Shown piece after piece: positions 56,333 to 60,855 of a stretch of 60,855 nucleotides of DNA. Below the pieces are notes generated by a model that searched no databases, had not been told where the DNA came from, and saw only the letters and a program-made list of their open reading frames with translations. Source of the DNA: Alphaproteobacteria bacterium (GTDB taxonomy: Bacteria; Pseudomonadota; Alphaproteobacteria; CAISOG01); assembly GCA_044375625.1 (NCBI GenBank), contig JBILMH010000005.1:1-60855 (forward strand), read 5' to 3'. Position 1 is the first letter of the stretch; every line of letters starts with the position of its first letter. The position numbers and the translations under genes were made by a program.

Positions 56333-57577
56333 CTAAAAACCCTTGCCCAACTGACCGACCGCCTGATAGACGGGCAGCATCATCGCCGCCAGCACCCACA
56401 GGATCATGCCGCCCGCCACCAGCAGCAGGCCGTTTTGCAGCTGGCTCCAACGGCGAGGCCAGGTAATCGCCAACTGCCGTTCCAACAGGGTTAGCCCTTG
56501 TTGCAAACAGTGATCCAGCCGCCCCGTTTGCTCTCCCATCAGCACCAAATCCTGCAACAGGGGGGGCAACAACCGACTGCCCATCAGGGCGATGCTAAGG
56601 CTTTGGCCATCGGCCAGCTGCTGTTCCAACCGTTTGGCCTGTTCCACCAAGCTGCGATTGCTCAACGCCGCCCTGGCCAGCTCTAGCCCGCGCAACAGCG
56701 GCACCCCCGCCTGCCAGGCCAACAGCCAGGCATGGGTATAGGGAATAATCTGGCCATCACGATGCAGTTCGCCCAACAGCGGCAGTTTCAGGCGCACCCT
56801 ATCCACCACCGTTCTTACCCGCGGCAGGCTTATAGCGGCGATAACCACAGCCACGCTAAGGCCAACCAGCGCTATCAGCACCGCCCCGCCGAAACGGCCG
56901 ACCGCACCCGAAAATTGCATCAACAGCTTGGCGGCCAGGCTGGGTTGGCTGCCCAAACTTTGCAACAGACCGCTCAGCCCGGGCAACAGCTGCTGACTGA
57001 TCATGCTCAACAACATCAACACCACGCCAATCACCATCAGGGGATAGCGCATCGCCTGCCAATTCTGTTGCTTCCAGGATAGGTGCCAGCGGTAGTGGGC
57101 GGCCAGGCGATCAAAACAGCCCGCCAACTGACCAGTTTGATCCGCCGCCTGAAACAGGCTGGTGGCCAGGGCGCCAAACCCCCCATGGGGTAAGGTTGAT
57201 ACCGCCTGCCCCAGGCTTTGCCCCGCCAACAATTCCATCCGCAATTGCTTAAGCATGTGGCGCAGGCGGCGTTGCCGCACCATCGTTTCACTTTTGGCCA
57301 GCGCGTCCAGCAGGGGGATGCCCGCCGTCATCAACATCGCCGCCCGCTCAAAAAAACTGGCCAACTCTGCCCTATCCAGCTTTTGCCAGGGCATTACCAG
57401 CGACAGCCAACGGCGACGAGCACTTAGCAGCACCAGCCCCTGCCGATGCAGCAATTGTTGCAGCTGTAGGCGATCGGGCGCCTCTAACAATCCCCGCACA
57501 ATTTGGCCAGCGCCATCAGGGCTTGCCCCCCCATGACCAACGCCCGCCGTCATCGCGCGATAGGCAAAGCGGTTCAT
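56333..57577 (-). CDS. GspF/PilC inner-membrane platform protein
   Basis: F.YRA, AGIPLLDAL, AMRYP, GEQTGRLD, MLPVY. Confidence 0.9.
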   Translation of the reverse strand: MNRFAYRAMTAGVGHGGASPDGAGQIVRGLLEAPDRLQLQQLLHRQGLVLLSARRRWLSLVMPWQKLDRAELASFFERAAMLMTAGIPLLDALAKSETMVRQRRLRHMLKQLRMELLAGQSLGQAVSTLPHGGFGALATSLFQAADQTGQLAGCFDRLAAHYRWHLSWKQQNWQAMRYPLMVIGVVLMLLSMISQQLLPGLSGLLQSLGSQPSLAAKLLMQFSGAVGRFGGAVLIALVGLSVAVVIAAISLPRVRTVVDRVRLKLPLLGELHRDGQIIPYTHAWLLAWQAGVPLLRGLELARAALSNRSLVEQAKRLEQQLADGQSLSIALMGSRLLPPLLQDLVLMGEQTGRLDHCLQQGLTLLERQLAITWPRRWSQLQNGLLLVAGGMILWVLAAMMLPVYQAVGQLGKGF

Positions 57578-59355
57578 GCCACCTGCCCAACCAGTTTCAG
57601 GGGTGACGCTGTTTCAGCAATGTTCTCAGCCATGCTCATGGCGGCGGGCAACACCCGTTCCACCTCGGCCAGGCTGGTTTGGCCAGTAGCGGCCAGCATC
57701 AACCCCTGTTGCCGCAAATTCAGCTGGCCATCCATCAACGCCTGGGCACGCAACAGCTTGCGGTTGGCGGAGCTGGCAATCAAATCGGCCAGCGTCGGGG
57801 AAACGGGCAACAGCTCGCCCACCGCCAGGCGGCCACGATAGCCGGTATCGTCGCACAGGGGGCAGCCGACCGCCTGGTGATGGTGGCTGGGGGCGCTAAG
57901 CCCCGCCAGCTCATACAGCTTGGCCTGGGCGGGCGATAACGGCTGGGCAATCATGCAGGACTCACACAGGCGGCGCAGCAGCCGTTGCGCCAACCCCGCC
58001 AGCCAGCTTTCGGCCAGCAACCCTGGCGCCACGCCAAAATCCAACAGGCGGCTAACAATCCCAATGCTGTCATGGCTGTGCAGGGTGGTCAGCACCAAAT
58101 GCCCCGTCAGCGCCGCCCGCAAGGCCATATGGGCGGTATCCTCATCACGGATTTCGCCGACCATGATCACGTCGGGATCCTGCCGCATCAGGGCACGAAT
58201 CCCCTCCGCAAAGCCAAAACCTATATCGTCGCGCACCGGCGTTTGCCGCACACCCGCCAACACCGCCTCCACCGGTTCTTCCAGGGTCATGATGTTGCGC
58301 TGTTGGGCATCCAGACCGCGCAGCAGGGCGTAAAGGGTGGTGGTCTTACCGCTGCCGGTGGGGCCACTGATGACCATCAACCCCTGCGGATAATGGCTTA
58401 GTTGGGTCAGCTTGGCCGCCAAATTGGCCTCAAAGCCCAGCTCGGTCATCGCCAACAGCCGATCCGGCCGATCCAACAGCCGCACCACCAGATTTTCGCC
58501 ATGCAGGGTGGGTTGGGTCGCCACCCGCATATCAACCGCCCGCCCGTTGATGCTATAGCTTAGGCGGCCATCCTGCGGCAAACGGCTTTCGGTGATGTTC
58601 ATCTCGGCCAACAGTTTCAACCGCACCAGCAACCCTGCCCAGCGTTCCTTATGCAATTCGCGCACCGTCACCAACCGCCCATCTTGACGCAGGCGGATGC
58701 GCACAAAGGCTTGTTCGGGTTGCAAATGAATGTCTGAGGCGTTGGTGCGAATCGCCAGCTGCAAAATCTCATCGACCAGATCGACCGCGCTGTTTTCGCC
58801 CCCCTCACTGACCTGCCAACGCATCGCCGACACCGCCTGTTCATTCGGATAAGCCTTGGCATGGGCGGCGCGTATCGCACTGGGGCAGGCCAGGTGCAGG
58901 TGGATGTCGCCAGCCGTGCTATGACCGCCCTCGCCATGACCGCCCGCGCTATGACCACTATGACCAGCCGTTAAGCCGTGCCGAACCGCCTCCCGCAGCG
59001 CCATTGCGGGTTTGGGATAGGCGGTGGCCAGGTGGGTTTGGCCATCCCGTTGCCAACTAATCATCAAAAACCGTTCGGCCACCATACGGCCAAAGGGTTG
59101 GTCGGCTACCCAGGCTTGCCAATCCTGATGGGGGCGATAGGGCAGCTGTTGCAGGCTGGCCAGCACTGGCCACAACCCCTCCTCCGTCACAAAACCAAGG
59201 GTCAGCAGCAATTCGCCCAACGGTTTTTGCTGACCATCAGGCTGACGCGCCTGCTCCGCCAGGGCAATCGCCAACTGGTCGGGGGTAATCTGTTTGGCCT
59301 GCAACAAGGCTTGGCCAAGCAAGGGGGTGGAGAGTCTTGCCAACAATCTTGCCAA
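57574..59355 (-). CDS. GspE/PilB assembly ATPase
   Basis: ASDIH, RLPQDGR, GPTGSGKTTTLY, RQDPD.IMVGEIRD, TGHLVLTTLH, two CxxC; N-terminal LG..L repeats. Confidence 0.95.
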   Translation of the reverse strand: MARLLARLSTPLLGQALLQAKQITPDQLAIALAEQARQPDGQQKPLGELLLTLGFVTEEGLWPVLASLQQLPYRPHQDWQAWVADQPFGRMVAERFLMISWQRDGQTHLATAYPKPAMALREAVRHGLTAGHSGHSAGGHGEGGHSTAGDIHLHLACPSAIRAAHAKAYPNEQAVSAMRWQVSEGGENSAVDLVDEILQLAIRTNASDIHLQPEQAFVRIRLRQDGRLVTVRELHKERWAGLLVRLKLLAEMNITESRLPQDGRLSYSINGRAVDMRVATQPTLHGENLVVRLLDRPDRLLAMTELGFEANLAAKLTQLSHYPQGLMVISGPTGSGKTTTLYALLRGLDAQQRNIMTLEEPVEAVLAGVRQTPVRDDIGFGFAEGIRALMRQDPDVIMVGEIRDEDTAHMALRAALTGHLVLTTLHSHDSIGIVSRLLDFGVAPGLLAESWLAGLAQRLLRRLCESCMIAQPLSPAQAKLYELAGLSAPSHHHQAVGCPLCDDTGYRGRLAVGELLPVSPTLADLIASSANRKLLRAQALMDGQLNLRQQGLMLAATGQTSLAEVERVLPAAMSMAENIAETASPLKLVGQVA

Positions 59356-59357
59356 AG

Positions 59358-59373
59358 GTTAACAAATGCTTAA
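59358..59373 (-). promoter_or_regulatory. CtrA-type binding site
   Basis: TTAA-GCATTTG-TTAAC on the minus strand matches TTAA-N7-TTAAC at the head of the pilus operon. Confidence 0.6.
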
Positions 59374-59488
59374 GATATATCGGGCTATTATTATGGTATG
59401 CACATACAATTGTAAACCATCTTTTTTTGGTCGCGTTCCCATCAACCAACTGTAAATCATCAAAAATTCTTATTCTAAAGGAAGTTTC

Positions 59489-60211
59489 ATGGCGTATCAT
59501 CACGGGCGGCGGGTGTCGCGGGGGCAATGGATAGGGCTGCCAGGGTTTGGCCTGGCTATGGGAATCTGTGGCGGGCTGATGCTGGCGATGATGGCGGCGG
59601 CCAACCCAGTGATGGCGCATGGAACCGATCACAAAAAGACGCCAGCGGGCAGCGTGATTGCGGGGGATGAGGGCGGATCTGAGGCCGCGCCCGCAGCGGA
59701 TACAGCCGCGGTCAACAGTTGGCAACCCAGCTTTGATTTGGTGGATCAGCGCAATCAGCCCCGCCAGGCCAGGGATTTTCAGGGACGTTTTATGCTGGTG
59801 TTCCTGGGCTACACCGCCTGCCCCGATGTTTGCCCAACCTCCCTCGGTACCATGAAGCAACTGTTGAACGGATTGGATAAGGGGCAGGCCGCCAGCATTG
59901 CGCCGATTTTTCTCAGCGTCGATCCCGCCTCTGACACCCCCGCCCATCTGGCCAATTATTTGGGGGCGCTGGATCCCCGCCTAATCGGCCTGACGGGTAG
60001 TGAGGGGCAGGTGGCGGCGGCGGTTAAATCCTTTAAAGCCTATGTTGCCCGCCAACCGGCCGATGCCAAGCTGCCAAAAGATGAACAGGGGCGGGTTGAC
60101 CATACCGCCTTTTTCTATCTGCTGGATCGCCAGGGACGCTTTGTCACCATCCTGGATCCCACCATGCCTCTGCCCAAACTGATCGCCGCCCTTAAGCTGA
60201 ATATGCGCTAA
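59489..60211 (+). CDS. SCO family copper chaperone
   Basis: GYTACPDVCP (CxxxC), SVDP..D, GLTG, VDHT. Confidence 0.93.
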   Translation: MAYHHGRRVSRGQWIGLPGFGLAMGICGGLMLAMMAAANPVMAHGTDHKKTPAGSVIAGDEGGSEAAPAADTAAVNSWQPSFDLVDQRNQPRQARDFQGRFMLVFLGYTACPDVCPTSLGTMKQLLNGLDKGQAASIAPIFLSVDPASDTPAHLANYLGALDPRLIGLTGSEGQVAAAVKSFKAYVARQPADAKLPKDEQGRVDHTAFFYLLDRQGRFVTILDPTMPLPKLIAALKLNMR

Positions 60212-60365
60212 GCCACCACGGCCATAACGCTTTACGGTTGATTTTTGGGGCAAAGTCTGGCATTTTAAGAAAATCCTCATCATTGCGTAACAGTCGGCGG
60301 GCTAAGCTGAAAGCTGTGAGGGAAAAAATACCCACCGCCCCGATGGCTTAGAAAGGTTTTTTGCG

Positions 60366-60683
60366 ATGACCGCTGCTGCACTTACGGCTGAGGCAAATAC
60401 GAGCTATGCGGATTCCCCCGAAATGCCAAGTTTTAAACCAGTTATAGAGGCATGTGCCAATTTGATTGGCACGACAGCGCGTGGGATCGTAAGCACGGGA
60501 TGGTCGGCCGTATGCAGCCTGATTGATCCCAGTTGTGGAGGTGGGCAGAGCTTTGACACCACCTGCACACAGGTTTTTGCGGCCACAAAAGCAACGGGCG
60601 AAGCGCTATACAGCTTTTTCCAAGCAACCCGTCAATACCAAGCGCAGCGTAACGCACAGTTTGCCTATGCGCGGGCGCGCTAG
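60366..60683 (+). CDS. Hypothetical protein
   Basis: 105-aa ORF with upstream AAGG, convergent with flhB. Confidence 0.5.
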   Translation: MTAAALTAEANTSYADSPEMPSFKPVIEACANLIGTTARGIVSTGWSAVCSLIDPSCGGGQSFDTTCTQVFAATKATGEALYSFFQATRQYQAQRNAQFAYARAR

Positions 60684-60685
60684 CT

Positions 60686-60855
60686 CTAATCCCGTCTTAA
60701 ACGGCTGCCTGGTGGCGGGACAGCGGGGCCCTGGCTGCGCACCTTGCCTTTTAGGCGCAGGATATAGCCAATGATTTCCGCCACCGCCTGATAATGTTCC
60801 ATCGGAATTTCCTGCTCCAACTCGACATCCTTATGCAGGGCGCGTGCCAGCGGCG
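60686..60855 (-). CDS. flhB: Flagellar export protein FlhB, C-terminal part (partial)
   Basis: Hand translation PLARALHKDVELEQEIPMEHYQAVAEIIGYILRLK...*; could also be a FlhB-like paralog. Confidence 0.8.
   Translation of the reverse strand, partial: PLARALHKDVELEQEIPMEHYQAVAEIIGYILRLKGKVRSQGPAVPPPGSRLRRD

Overview
A GC-rich alphaproteobacterial chromosome segment, judged from the DivL-type kinase, the rplI-dnaB-alr-mlaE and radA-cvpA-purF blocks, and a CtrA-type box. Housekeeping genes include purH, ndk, pgk, trxA, ribH, panD, glmM, anmK, an aspartate aminotransferase, ubiG and a partial flhB. There are three intact tRNAs (Ser-TGA, Ser-GGA, Thr-GGT), a type IV pilus/T2SS-like operon, two toxin-antitoxin-like modules beside the Ser tRNAs, several isolated AT-rich single-gene inserts, and RPE/MITE-like and REP-like repeats. 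The most unusual part is the his operon, ordered hisG-C-B-H-F-(A-I-E fusion)-D. It is preceded by an unannotated 56-aa leader peptide with 28 His codons built from a 12-bp tandem repeat, and by alternative pairings that could hide the hisG ribosome-binding site. Its HisA-HisI-HisE fusion followed by an overlapping hisD mirrors fungal His4. Other notable signals are a duplicated tRNA-Ser fragment with a structured 81-bp insert in the anticodon loop, three palindromic sites spaced exactly 33 bp apart before the mobile mystery A/B pair, a Pif1-WYL helicase, and a foreign aminotransferase flanked by 39-bp repeats that differ only at synonymous sites. All calls come from reading the sequence and recalled motifs; no searches were run.
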